DNA from: Auanema rhodensis
Taxonomy: Eukaryota > Animalia > Nematoda
Reading direction: 5' to 3'
NCBI GenBank assembly: GCA_964057225.1
Contig: OZ059897.1
Coordinates: forward strand, 15,748,001 to 15,812,000
DNA length: 64,000 nucleotides
In this document: in pieces, positions 1 to 14,407 of the stretch
How positions within the stretch are numbered: the stretch's first letter is position 1
Layout of the letters: every line of letters begins with the position of its first letter
Translations under genes and position numbers: made by a program
Notes under the pieces: model-generated
What the model was told of the DNA's origin: nothing
The model's input: the letters and a program-made list of their open reading frames with translations, nothing else
Database searches by the model: none

Positions 1-3000
1 GGATATAACTTTCCAATTTCCTATCATAAGCTTAAAACAATTTTTTTGGTGTTTCCGATGTTTAGTTTATGAAATATAAAGAAATCTGTCAATCATTTTT
101 ATATTTTGTAGACAATCATTTCATATTTCAAACAAAAAAAATAAGAAGTTTTTTCTATGTTCTTCAACACATCACAATATTCATTTTATTAGCTTCAAAA
201 ATTTAAAAAAATATTAAAGTATTATTAAATAAAAATTATTATTTATATAAAATAAATAAATATATATATATTATATAAGTTTATCTATATATATATATAT
301 CTAAAACTTAGAGGTTAAAATAATGAAAACAACATAAATATATCTATATATATTATGTATATACATATATTATATTATTTCTACTTTTTTAATATGTATA
401 TTTAATTAAATTATAATATTTTATCAATTTATTCATTTCTTTATTTAAAAATAATGTTTCATATTAATATATTTCAATGTAAAATTAATATATGAAGTTT
501 CATCTCCTAATCAACATTAAAAAAAACTTAGACAACATGTACTTTCATTTCAATTATATTAAATTTTTGTAAAATGTAAATTTCAATATATGATATCATT
601 CAATTTTATAATTTTTCCAAACAATTCTAAACTATAAGTTCTATATATATACGGTATTTTAGAAAAGTTTATTTCTGTATATCATACGTGTTAACCATGC
701 GTTTTTCGATCAGTTAGATCATTTGTAATTTATTTTATTAGAAATGTTCTAAAATTAAATAAAAAAAATGTTTACTGTCTTTCTAATACTTATAATTTTA
801 TTCAATTTTATTATTAAAAAATGCTTTATAGTAAATAGTAAAGTTGCACATAATTTAGAAAAAATTAGAATATTTTCATTTTTTTTGCCATACTTTGATA
901 CTTACTATGAGACAATTATTTTATTTTTAAAAGCGTTTGCATCTCAATTTAGAAAGGTTGGATAATCCAAATGAAGCATATACTATGTCATATAATACAT
1001 AAAATATTATATTAAACATATATAAATATAAATAAATATATATATATATATATATATTGTTTATTTTTATTTTATTTTATTATAACTCTTGATCCTGTGA
1101 TTTGTTTATGTTTTGCAAAATTGAATGAGATGCTCTTTTATCCTCACCTGACATCCGATTTATTGTCTGAATGTTTTTTCATCGTACTTATTGAAAACTT
1201 TAATATAATATTATACTATATTATTTGTAAATGCATCTATATCTATATATAACATTTTTTATTTATATATACTATATTAATCTATATAAAATAGTTTATT
1301 TATGCTGCCCTATTGGCATGAAAAACTATTGTGTATCAACTAAAATATCTTATTATTAATAATGACTCAGTTTATAAATTAATAAAAAATATAAGAAAAG
1401 TAAGTTCATAATGTTCAGGAAGTATTTGATTGTTCTTTTCTTGTTTTTCATTATCCATTCTTTTTCTTAGTTGAAATATTTGAAAGATATAACAAACATC
1501 TAAGGAATTGAAGCTCAACTATCTTTAACATTCATTTTCGAATATATTATATAAATTTATCTATCTATCTATATATATATATATAGATTTATATATTTTT
1601 ATACACAAATTTCTATCTTTTCTATCATTATTTTTGGTTCATTTTCTATTTTAAACTCTTAACATACATGAATTTCTTATTTCTATTTTCCTCTTTTTCT
1701 GTCGTGACGACACAAGAATTAGTTTGCAGAATCAAAACAGAAACAAACGAAATGAATTATATTTTTATTTTATTTTTATTCTTGAATCCTCTTATAATAT
1801 GGCCTTTGTGTTACAAGTTTCCTGTTACAGAGAGGTCCACGAGAGGCGGGACACAAAATTCTATTCTTGAATTCCCATATATGCTCCTCCCTTTGCGACT
1901 TCCAACATCATCTATTGTGGCTACTGAACTTTGACTACTCATTCCTTTCCTTTCACGAGAAAGAATCTAACCTCCTAACCTTCTGTATCATTTGATCGGT
2001 CAGATGTCACATAAAGCAATGTTGTCCAGCTCAAGAAGCTGTTAATACTTCATCATGTATTACCTTTAACTATTACTTGTCATTACCCCTCCATCCCATC
2101 CTTCTATATAAGAATTCTTCTCTTGTCCTTTCTATTTCTTTCAATTTTTTCTTTTATATTCACATCTCTCTCTCTTTTTCTTCTTTCAACTGGCTTAATC
2201 ATTGTTGCAGCAATATGTTTCATTAGGATTTTAATTTTGTCCCTAAGATCTAAGTCTTCCGACTACTATCCAGGTTTTTTAATCTAGCGCAATGACTGAC
2301 AGAAAGACAGCATCACATGCTTCGTAATTTTTAAAATTAATTTGGTTGACAAAATATACAAATATCTATCTATATATATATATATATATATATATAAGGC
2401 TATCCTTTTACTTAATAGATAAATATAAGTTGATTTTCGATCAGTCATCTTTGAAAGAAATTTTTTTGACTTTATTACATGATCAAAGACATTTTTAGTT
2501 TTTGATGGTCAAAAGCAGATGATAATTCAAGATCATCATAAGACTCTTCGCTCACATATTATTTTTTTATATTCAAAATACTTTATAATTATTTGCTTCA
2601 TGCAAAAATCATTTAAATATAACTTGTTTTTAATTTTTTTTTGTTTTTTTTTTTTAAACTGTAGTTAGTTCGAAGTATATTCATGCAATAATTTTGAAAC
2701 CAAGTCAACAGTATTGACAAACTATTTTAAGCTTTTCATGTTTTTCTCATTGTCGTAATGCAATTCTATCGATATTTCTCTATTTTTATGCATTTTTTTC
2801 TTCTTTATTTTTTCCAAGGATAAAGCTGATATGCTTCACAGAATAAGATGCTTAAGTCTGAACATCAGAATTCAGAATGTGCTCGTATTTGAATTCGGCA
2901 AAGTTTTTTCTTCAAAACTAAAACGTATGTGTGATTTTCATTAATTCATCTAAGATCAATGTCAAGTATCTTTCATGGCAAACCTTAGATGTTTGAGTCG

Positions 3001-5542
3001 GTTAAAAGAGCTCAAGATATAATGAAGTCTCAGTAAGCATGCTTTTGGAATAGTTTAGCTGGAAAACTTGCACGCACTCATAATTCACTGCTTTTAAAAA
3101 AAAATATTTTTTTTTCCGGGGTCAGCTAAGCTGTTTTACAAAGCAGATTTGTATATAAAGCCATATGATACTCGTTTAACCATTCTATTATCTTATAAAC
3201 GATCAAGCTTATTCATTTTACTATTTCTTATTGTAAAGGTTGGAATTTCGTTTCTTCTTTTATTATTTTCATCATGTTTATACTTGCTGTTTCATTGTTT
3301 TTATATAATTTTTAATCTACTCACAAGTGTGATCATATACATCTATGAATATGAGAATTCATCAATAGACCCATATTTGCAAAAACCTTCTTGCTCTAAG
3401 ATCAAAACTTTAAACACTCAAACACTATAGAGAAAGTCAAATAGATGAAAAGCAGTTAAACACGTACTATGAGGTTTTATTTCGTTTTTATTCACTGAAA
3501 ACATAAATAAACGAATAAAACAAAACTTCTTTTTTCTTCCTTTCTTTCTCTATATATCCCACTCAGTCAGTCAAATGTTACGTTATGATTAATGTTTTGT
3601 TTTTTTCAGATGTTCATATGAACAACCTGCTAACTGCTAACTACTTATCTGCAAGAGTTAAAGCATACATATCAAAGCTTTTTTTGCTTTTTCTTTTTCT
3701 TTTATATTCATACGAGCAGAATATAACAAAAAACAATCCAAATTACAAATTCATGGATGAGTATTGAGCATAGATTAAACAAAAATCTTCTTTTTACCAT
3801 ATAGCTCATAAGTAATCATAGGTTCTGAGTTTTTTTATTTTTGGCAGAGAAAAAGATCATCATACTTTACTTTGCCTCTACTCTTTACTCTAATCATGCT
3901 GGTGTTGAAACCAGCTTAAGCTAGTAAAGACTTGCCAAGAGTAAGATAGATAGAGAGAGAGTAGAAAATGGGGAGGTAGTGAGAAAGTAAACAGGGTATA
4001 CATGGCCCTCGAGTCATTTTTCATCAAGTTTTTTTCTTATAGAGTATTTCGTAAAATCAAAGAGTATATAGAGCATATAGCAATATGTGAAACAGATACC
4101 ATTGACGTTGGGCTATTCAACTAAAAAAGAACGGATAAAAGCAATTATTTAACAATAGAAAATTATATTCCAATATTCTACCGCACTTTTCAATTGAAAA
4201 CTCGGAGATCAGTTTGAACCTATAGAATATATGATTTATACAAGATAAACAGACAAAATTCAAAACTAAATAGCAAGTTTTAGATGATTCAGTAAGGGTA
4301 TTGAAGATTATAAATATCTGTTCTACACATAAATTACTTATATAAACTTGATATATATATTTCATTTCATGATGTCCTCATATAAGTTATCAACGTACTT
4401 CTTAGCTACAACATGTTCATCAATCTATCTTTATCATCATTTATCTTATTCTTTGTTGTCATCATCATGAAAGCTATGGTGATCGTTGTCACCATCTTCC
4501 AATGTCCTCAGTCCCCTTCTTGTCTTCGAACGAACTCCAGAACTTGCAAGTTTTTTCTTATCCCACGCCTATGGAGAGAATAATTCATGTTCTTATATAG
4601 GAGCGTCAGAAGGAAAAAATGTTTTTCTTCAATTTTTTTCAATTTTAGACTGCGATATTCCCACTGTATCAGTTTTTTCCTATCTAAACGTTTTATCAAA
4701 CCAGCTATGAGCACAAGAATGCTCTTACTACGTTGATCATGAAAATGACGTTTTTGCTGACGTCAAAGTTCAAATTTCAAATGTCTTAGAAAATGTCTTC
4801 TTCTTTAATCTTTCTGATTTTCTAACTTCTCAGTCAATCAAAATTATACTGTTGAGATCTGCCAGTTCAGTTTATTTTTCAAAGTTAGATCTTTGAATTT
4901 GGCAGGTTTTGTTGAAGGCGTCAGTAAACGCGAAGCTGTTGCCTCCACTCATGAGCATGTCATGTCATGTCACATGGCTAGCGAAGAGCAATGAGGACAA
5001 GCAGGCTCATCACCTTACTAGTCATTGTTTAGATGACCGTGTGACCTCAATTTGATAGTAACTGGTTCGATTAAGCTTTAAAACGGAACATTTAATTGTT
5101 TATTGTTGTTGGATTGCAAAAAGAGAATTGCAGAAATAAGGATAATATGTAAAAGATGTAGAATAGATTAGCGAATAACTAAAATGTTGTGTAAGTTTAA
5201 AAAAAATCTCGTAAAGAGTTAAACAGACTGAAGGGAAAAAAGAAGGTAAAGAGTGAATGTTGGGTTATGAAGGTTTTCAAAATTCGTATTGCAAATGAAC
5301 TAGTCAGCGTTTGAGAAAGAGCTGGAAAAGTTCAGAAAAAATAAAGCGGAGAGAAGCTCTAGTCTAGCTTGGTGTAATCAAAATTCTGTCACTCCCTTCC
5401 TTGGGCCACATTATGGCCGTATAACTTGCTTATTCGAACCCATTTTCGAAGCATCACCTCTTCTAATCTTCTTTTTTATTGTTGAAGAAAGCTTGTCTAA
5501 AAATTTGAAAGAGGTGGAAATATGTAATAGAGAAAAAGGAAT

Positions 5543-5567
5543 AGAGAGAGAGAAAGAGAGAGAGTGC

Positions 5568-5612
<45 letters not shown>

Positions 5613-5635
5613 AAAATAGAGAGATAGAGAGAGAG
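5543..5635. repeat. (GA)n microsatellite / purine tract
   Basis: A pure GA run at about 5570-5605 has degenerate GA flanks. Confidence 0.95.
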
Positions 5636-7421
5636 AAGGAGATGGGAAGGTAAGAGCTAGGAAAAATGTGGAAAGATGCGTGAAAATTAGAATGTTGAAT
5701 TCTACATGATGATATAACTTCAAATACTATTTACATTTATTTCTATTTATTCTTTTTCAAGTAAATAAATGAAATATTAAATTATATATTAAGATTAAAA
5801 TACTTTATCTTCTTAATTTATATTTTTACCTATTACTTTATATAAAGATGAACTTATATATGTTCACAGAACATCAAATATATATTTTCAATTATTCTAT
5901 TGAAACACTGATGAGCTATTGACTGTGATAATATACAATCTTGAGGAACATCTAAGCATTTCTCTTTCCTTTAATTGCTTCATCTTGATTTCACATAATT
6001 TTCATGCATAGATAGAAAAGTTTTATTCAAATCAAAAATCAGTGAGCTCAATCAAGTTCAAAGTTTGGAAAAAAAAATTCTGAAGTAGCTTTCAGATATT
6101 TTCCTCTTCCTCGTTTGCAATGCTCAATAAAGATCTTAGACGATAATTTTTTCATCTTCATGGTTTATTTCCTTCATAACATGAGGAGAACTATAGATAT
6201 TTATGGATGTACATCAAAACTACATATTGATGGGATTCATGAAGCCATATCAAGGACATATATGATTCGACACCTGTTGTTCTTCATTTCTCCTTATTTT
6301 AAATTAAGACTTAAGCTTTACTGATAGATTTCACTATTCTTCTATTCTACTATGTAATATTCAAGTTATAAAACATTCAAAAGGAACAAATATTCGTTAT
6401 GACATTTGTATTCGATCATCATACTATATACTATGTACAACAAAAAGCAGCAAAAACATTGAAAGTATCATCAAAGATCTTCAACATAATGCCAAATTTG
6501 AACTTTAATAGTTCAATCTTGTGTGGACATACAGTTTTCTTGTTAGAATTTTAATATATGTCTTTATATTTTACTATTCAGATAGTTTATTTTAACCTCT
6601 TTTTCCATATTTTCTTTCTCTCTCTTCTTCATTTTTTCCATTCTCCTCCCCCTTTTCCCTTCTTATCCGCCTTTTCATCATTCTCTCCCCTCCCCCACTT
6701 TCCCCACATTTTCTCTAGTTTTTCATTTTTTGGTTGTTTCAGAAAGGAATCAGATGTTATTCTTTGTTTTGTCTTTCTTTATTTTCGCTTTTGATCATTT
6801 AGACCGTCTCTATCTATCTATTCCACTACTCCTTCATCATCATTGACATCACAATCATTAATTCCTTTCTTGTCTCCTCCTCGTTTCTGGATCATCATCA
6901 GCTTGTTCTCCTATTTTTGTCTGATTTGCTCTCCGACGGCAATATCGTACTTCATTTGATGTCAGAGTGAACTTTTTTTTTTAACAATTCACTCTTCCTT
7001 TTCTCTTCACTCTTCTTTCTCTCTTAAGGCTCTCCCTCTCTCTCTTTTCGGAAAGGAAAAAATAATTTTTTTATTTTCTGCTCTCTGCTCACCTTCTTAT
7101 CGGATATATATTTTTTTATATTTTACATCTTCACTTTTCTAGTTGTTTCTATTTTTATATTTTCTTTTTCATTTTAATATAATTTTTAATCTTATTTATT
7201 TTATTTTCATTTTTAACACACAAAAAACCTGTTGCAAATGTTCATTTTTATATTTTCATTTCAAAAGCATTCTCTAACCTTTTAAAAAATTATTAACTTT
7301 GATATAATATACTTACATCTAGTTGTATAATATGATATATGATGTACTTACATAGATAATTTCATTTATTCTTACTTTCAATGTTTTTCTGATCGTTGTC
7401 AATTGTTCAATGTTTCAATTT

Positions 7422-7428
7422 TTTTCAG
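7422..7428 (+). promoter_or_regulatory. Splice acceptor (TTTTCAG) 19 nt upstream of the GPCR ATG; probable SL trans-splice site or end of a 5'UTR intron
   Basis: It is a perfect nematode 3' splice consensus, followed by an in-frame stop before the ATG, so it cannot be an internal coding exon boundary. Confidence 0.6.
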
Positions 7429-7447
7429 ATCATAATCTAGTCTTAAA

Positions 7448-10294
7448 ATGATGTCATTTCTATATCTACTACTGGATACATATGGTCGGATAGTACATCC
7501 ACCATTAGTGCTATTTCTATGTATAGCAGGTTCTATTGGCCATCTTGTAACAATTGGCACATTATCATCGATGATTAATCCAACCAATGCTTTTCTAATC
7601 TCAATGTCATGGTAGGTTCTTTTATTCAATTTTTACATTTTTAATTTTCTTTCAATTCATTTACTTCCTTGAGATCTTCTTTATTTTCATCACACTGTTT
7701 TGTTGTTTTGTTCTTTCATTTTTTTTTCTTACGCATGTTACTGTCATTCCAAATGCTAATCTATTCTGCATCAAGTGCTTAAAAGGTATTTTCGTTTACA
7801 AGATCCTATACCATATCATATAAGTATCAGAAAAACTTGATTACAATCCCAAAAAGATATTTATAAACATATATGTAATAACTGACAAGAAATCTCCAAC
7901 ATTTACTTTCATTAAACAGCGTACTTGCCAAGACTTTAGATCATATCCCAGCTTATTACCATGGCTTCATTCATACACCCTCATAGCTTAAAGCATGAAG
8001 ATTAGCATTAAATAATAATACTATCATAAATTCTGAAATACATGAGACAAACAAAACAATTAAGACCCAAATTACTATTTTTTTATATTATAATTATAAA
8101 TATTATTTATATTATATATATATATATATACTATATATATATAAGTTACCCCCAAAATAATCTAATTAGTCTCAACCGGTTTTTTTGTAAGCATTTATAA
8201 AATATTTTTTCTTTCTCATTAATATTAATATCATTCATCTTTCACGTAGTTCATATTCTAATTTACACGTAAGTCTTTAATAATTCCAAATCATTTGTAT
8301 TATTATTGAGTACATGTACAATGAGATCAATTTAACATTTTTTTTAACATTACGGTTAAATTTTATTTTTTTTGTTTCAATCTGTTTGTTTAGCATTTGT
8401 ATTTCTAAAAATAAGGAATACAATCGTATCATTTAAAAAGAAAATAAGAAGATATCAAGATATTCTATTCTTGTTATTCATTATATATTATACTATATAT
8501 AAATTGTGAAAATATTAATCTAATATTAGAATTAAAAGACAAAACAATAGAAGGAAGAAGCTTTAAATGAAAATATAATGTTTCTTCAAAATCGATGTCT
8601 TCCTTCTTAGTTCTTCATTTTAAAGACTGTTCTATTTCCTTTTTTTAGCAATTTAATACTTTATTTGAAGCAAATTCTATTTTTAAAATGAACAGATCAA
8701 TTTTGAAAAATTCCGAGGTTTCTGCTCACCTTTTCTATAATTGTTTTTACATGAAATTCTTCTAATATGTCTAGATGAGAACAAATTTCTGGAGAAATAT
8801 GGTAGATTGACTGGTAAACGGAAATTCTATTACATCAATATGATTTTATGAGAATATTAATAAATTAAATGCAGTAAAGCGTCATCTGAAAGAATAATTT
8901 GAAGATTTTTTTGGATCTATGTCGTTCTTCATATTGCTTCCAGAAAATTTAAAGAGTTCAGATACATAAGTACACGGAAGTGGGAAAGAAATCTTATTCA
9001 TCTCCTTCGTTTATCAGTTCACTTTACTTTTCTCTAGTTCTCTATATTATTCTTATCTTTCCATATCCTTAATATCCTATTCCATATTTGTACTTCCAAA
9101 AACACTTTGTCATCTTTTTCTATTTATATTCGACTGATTAATATTGCCTTATTTCCCTTTTTAAAAATATAAAAAGTATAAGCTATTTCTATTTCTTAAA
9201 AGAAAAAACTATAAGTTTTTCGTTTTTCACATATGATAGACAAAATGCCGAAAACCAGTAAAATCTTCAAATATAAATGTATTCCATTTAACGTTCATTT
9301 AATCATGACCTACACTTTAATGCTTCGATCGTTGATTCTTCTTTCAATACTTCGATTTAAACCTTTTGAACTACGCCAAAACTTTTTGAAAGAAAGGATT
9401 TTCCAAGATTAAATATGCTATATGAATCACAAAACATTGATAAAAACCTTTGTGAAATTCTTCAGCAAATATGTGTGTAAATCCATGTTACTGTGAATCA
9501 TCATAGTATTAAAACTCATAAAAGATATTTTCATAAATATTATTTTTCTTATTTCTGATCAAAAGAATATTTTTCAAAAGCTATAATGGATATAATATAA
9601 AAAAAAATATAATTTAAAGCTTTTGATCTATTACATTCCTTGTTCTAAAAATCGTGTTACTTGTCATCTCATTTCATTCAATTATTGAAAATGAGACATC
9701 GAGATAGTATGAAAAAGAAAGAGAAAAATAGAGATTATGAAGATGATAAATGGAAATTACATAATATTTAGTTTTCAATAGAAAATTTGCATATTTTCTT
9801 TGTCTACTTAGTCCGAAAGTTTGAATTTGAAATGAGTAAGTTAAGGAAATCGAAGAAATAAGAATGACAAACTGAGAGAGTGTACATGACAAGTCTGTGT
9901 ATAAGAGTTGAAGATAACGAAAGAGAAAAAGATATCCATATACTGGGAAAGAAGTTCTTCTGATCTGTTCTGAATAGAGGTTACATGTCATATTTTCATT
10001 ATTCCAACATCAAATATTCAGAAAAGGATTAAATCTAGTTGTTGTGAATTTTGATATAACTTATACTAACTATATAATCACATCATCGGAATAGAAAAAA
10101 AACTGAGCTGAATCTAATTACCTTTATTGAATTGCTATTCATTAATCAGTCGTCATAAGGAAGTTTAACCAAATTATAGTAATATTCAACAGGTTTCGTC
10201 CTTCAAACACATGAAAAACGATAAATTTTAAATTTTAAAAGCAATTGTTTTTTAAAAAATCTTTTTAATAATATATAAATAAATAAATAAATAA

Positions 10295-10330
<36 letters not shown>

Positions 10331-13300
10331 TAGTCTTTCAAAGCTTTTCTGACCAAAGATGAGAAAGAAACTTTGAATCAGCTCGAAGTTCAAAGAAAGC
10401 CTAATGTATCAAAGACCTTTTGTCCGAAATTACTTAATATATTCAAGATTTTCAATGATTAACTCATTAAGTTTTAAAAAATATATTTAATATTATTTAT
10501 TAATTTGGAATATTTTATATGAAATATATTTGAATAGATATAGATAATACTGAAAGAAAATTTACTTTTTAAACAGTTTTTATGAATTCTAAACAAAATA
10601 TTTTATATTTTCAGTTCACAGCTCATGTTATGTGCTAACTTCTTATATTCAACACTCTTCAAATATGCATCAGATGAACTGTGTTCGACGTTCTTTTTCT
10701 CCTATTTTTTGGTGAAAACGATGCACATTAGTGTGACACTTGCTGTTCTGGTACATATGGCTGGAGTAAGTATATGTTTAATATGTTTTATATAGTTTAA
10801 ATATTTTTTTTTGATAGAGAATATGGTAAAAAAATATTCTTATTAGAATATTAAATAATAAAAACATGTATAATGATACATCCATGTATACATCTACAAC
10901 ATCTAAACGATCTCATTAGCTGAAGCTTGCAAAAGCTTCTTCTCAATGATGTTGCTTCAATATTAGTCAGATGAATATCATGTTCAACATATATTCCAAG
11001 AAATATAGTATTTTCAAAAATAAAATCTTATACTATATTTGAAATTATATTTCGTTTAGTAGACTTAAGAATAATTATAATTATTTATTCAATTCTGACA
11101 CATAAGGTAAAAAAATAAATGTTTTTGATATAAATTTCTTAAATAAAATAAAAAAAAATAAAGCACTTTTTACTTAAAATACATTATTTAGGAAACAAAA
11201 ATTTGAAATAAAATATAAAATACGATATTCTTCCTGTTATTTTTGATTTGAAAATCTATCAAATGACAATATTTTTTAGAATTTTTTTAAAATTAAATAT
11301 TTATTAGTATTTTAATTTGTTTTATATTATATTGAAACATCTATATATGGATATCATAGAAATAAAAATATTTTTCCAGGTATTCCATGTGGTTGCTCTA
11401 TCTATAATTCGTTATTGCTCATTAGCGAAGTTGGCAAGAATGAATTCAAATGTACCTTGGTTTACATATCAGGTTAGTTTCTAACAAGAAATATTGATAT
11501 GAATGTAATTTTTTTCTTGGAAAAGGGATATTTGGTAAAGGAAAAATAGTAAATTATGAATATATACATAAAACTTATAGTATAGCTTTATAAAATAGTT
11601 AATAACTAATATATATTTATATTAAATGGTCATCTTCGTATTGATATTACGTATTCTGAACTCGTGAGTACAAACTATGATACATAATCAAGCGAAGAAG
11701 CATGTGAAGATGAAATGAAAAGAACAAGCTTTATGTTTGATCACAATCTCATTGAATATATAAGCTAAAGGTTTTCTTCAGCCTTTTTTCGTTAGTTAGC
11801 TTATTCACAGAAAACTTGTTTTTTGTTTCTTTCAATCTATTGAGGTTTGGGACATAGTTGTCTCCTTGAAAAGTTGAATGGTAATGAGTTTGCAGAGAAA
11901 ATGTCTCGTTGCAGTTGTCTCTTTGCAAGTTTGATCTAACATTTTCTTAGTAATATAAATAACTATTGAGAATAAAAGAATAAAAAATACTAAAAGGCAA
12001 AAGATAAAATAGAAAAGAAGATATAAACTTAGTCAAAACAATAAAAAGGTTTCTGTTAATAGAAGTGTGAAAGAAAACAACCGTTTTTATCTATTTTTAT
12101 TTTTATTTTTTTCAAGTTTATAAAATAAATAAAAAAGATTTCATTTACGTAATCTTTTCTATATCAAAATAGTATATGCATTATTTCAACGTTAGACTAG
12201 TAAACATTTAAAAATTTATATAAATATATACATTTGATGTTTTAAATAATTAGTATTTGACATTTAATATATTTTATTATTTTGAAGATTATTATAAATT
12301 ATTCAAAAAATACATTAAGGAAGTTAAAGATATTGTGATACTTGCTCATATCTTCGTAATCTCAGTTTGTATGATCATCATCTTTAACCTTTTAATCTTG
12401 CAAGATGGGGGTGGTGGTGAAAGACGGATGAAAGAAGTAGTTTCTATTTCCAAAATCTAGCAGCATACTGAGAAAACAAAAAAATGTCAAAATTCTTCCC
12501 GTTTTCGCATTTTACGTTGTCGATGTAGTCAAATATTCAGAAGGCATTCACACACCACTTAAACAGCGATTCTCGATTGATCATCTATGCTCTTCATCTG
12601 TCTTGTTTAAAAGTGTTTCATAGACTATTTATGATGTTCTGAGAGTTGTACATACATTTGCAAGACATTTAGTCAAAATTTAAGAAAAGAAAATGTCAAA
12701 AGAAGGGAAAAGAGAGAGGAGGTGGGGGGGGGGGTGGGTAATGAAAGGAAAGTTGTACTAAAAGTAATAAAGAATGTGTATTTAAAAAGATGATGTATAG
12801 TTAAAAAGTCATTAATTTAAACTATCAGAATGATGATCATCATCTTTTTCAAGAAACATCAATTGAAAATTAATTTATTGCAGAAAGGCAGATGGACTAT
12901 AGCTGGAATCTATTTAAGTGTAGCTGTAATTGGAATTCCACTTTATTTTACTTCTGAAGTTGTACAGGTAATTTTATATATTAAATTTCTGCAATTATAT
13001 TTCTTTATATATATATATCTATTTATAAATATTTTATATATGTAAATATATCAAATATATATTAAGTTATAAATAAGTTTTTGGAGAAGATCTTAACTTT
13101 TTTTTGAGAATGTAGCAAGCTTGTTCTGATGATGATTGCACACGAAATGTTCAAAAACCTAATTCTTCATTTTCCCATTATTAATTCTTAAAACTATAAC
13201 AATGCAGCATTTTTCTTTCATTTTAACGTTCTCAAACCTATTGCGTTCAAATACTTTTACTACATAGTATGATATTCTGAGAATATCAAATAGAAATATT

Positions 13301-14407
13301 TCTACAAATAGAAAACAAGCTTGTAATCAATGCATAAATTATATATTAAAAAAAGAGTAAAAGAAAGAGAAAAATATAAAAAGAAATAATATTTTATAAG
13401 GGATCAATGTTATAATATATATATAAAGTTATATTAATAAATAATATAATATTTTATTTTTAAAGGTTCGAGAAAATGAAAGTTGTGCCGAACGATTTCC
13501 ATCACTTCAAAATGCTACAGCTTATCAGCTACAATTCTCATCGTTACCGTATCTTGCAAGATTTAATTTTTGGATATTCAATCTATGTTCCAAGATTGTT
13601 CCTTCCGTAAGTTTATTATTATGAAATTTCCTTTTTTCTGTTTTTTTTTCTTCAAAAATTATTTCTTTTTTTTTCAGATTATACTTAGCATTATGACATT
13701 ATTCATTGTTAGACAATTAAAACGACTTCGTATTTTATCTTCTCGATTTACAAATGTAAAAAGAGATAAACAACATCAACGAACAACTAAAATGATTTTG
13801 GTATGTTTAACTTTCAATTTAACATAATTCATGAATTTTCAATTTTGTAATAAAATTCAAAAATAATTATAAATTTCTAAATATAATTTGTTATCTTTAC
13901 AGATAATTATGTTTGTTTTCATAATAGTTGAGCTACCTCAAGGTTTATTAGCTGTTTGTTCGACAATTGCACCAAATTTTGACTTAATCTATGCTATGGG
14001 TATGACATTCAAAATTATTTTTTTTATTAAAATTGTGTTTTCGTTTAGGTGATGTGAATGAAATGATTACCTTGTTAACATCTTGTATTATTTTTGCTTT
14101 ATTCTGTTCAATGAATGGAAAAATTCGTTCAGCATTCATGAATGCGCCATGCTTAGTCTGGTTTCAAAAATGGACACAATTGTGGGGAAAACAAAGGTAA
14201 AATCTTATGTACTTAATAGTAAATTATATATATAATTATGTGAATTTTTAAAAATTTTATTAAAATAATTAAAATTTAAAAAAAAAAAAAAAAAAATTTT
14301 TCATATAAAATTATTTTAGGATGCATCGTAGAGAAAAACTGTTGTCAACGTCATTATTACGAAAGCTTCCTCCTCAAAAATCACATCAAAGCTTTGTAGT
14401 CTTATAA
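7448..14407 (+). CDS. Class A GPCR of the nematode Srw / DMSR (myosuppressin-receptor-like) family, 362 aa, 9 exons
   Basis: Exons 7448-7611, 10615-10765, 11380-11472, 12884-12967, 13466-13606, 13678-13800, 13903-13999, 14049-14196 and 14320-14407 have GT-AG introns, consistent phases and total 1089 nt. The translation has seven hydrophobic segments and motifs typical of Srw/DMSR receptors: YGRIVHPPLVLFLCIAG (TM1), NPTNAFL, ALSIIRY (TM3), KIVPSIILSIMT (TM5), RTTKMIL..F...ELPQG (TM6), CSMNGKIRSAF. An in-frame TAA at 7433-7435 fixes the start. Confidence 0.88.
12721..12738 (+). other. G-tract / potential G-quadruplex in GPCR intron 3
   Basis: The sequence GGT-G11-T-GGG satisfies G3N1G3N1G3N1G3. 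Confidence 0.7.

Noticed and set aside
4956-4977. Short CATGT tandem (3-4 units), and other 10-11 bp duplications at about 30975, 35052 and 58664
   Set aside because: These are too short, consistent with slippage, and lack spacer structure, so they are not CRISPR-like or satellite arrays.
1-7400. Possible additional gene or non-coding exons upstream of the GPCR (TTTTCAG at about 3603-3609, GC-richer patches)
   Set aside because: No phase-consistent exon chain could be built. It is more likely regulatory or outron sequence.
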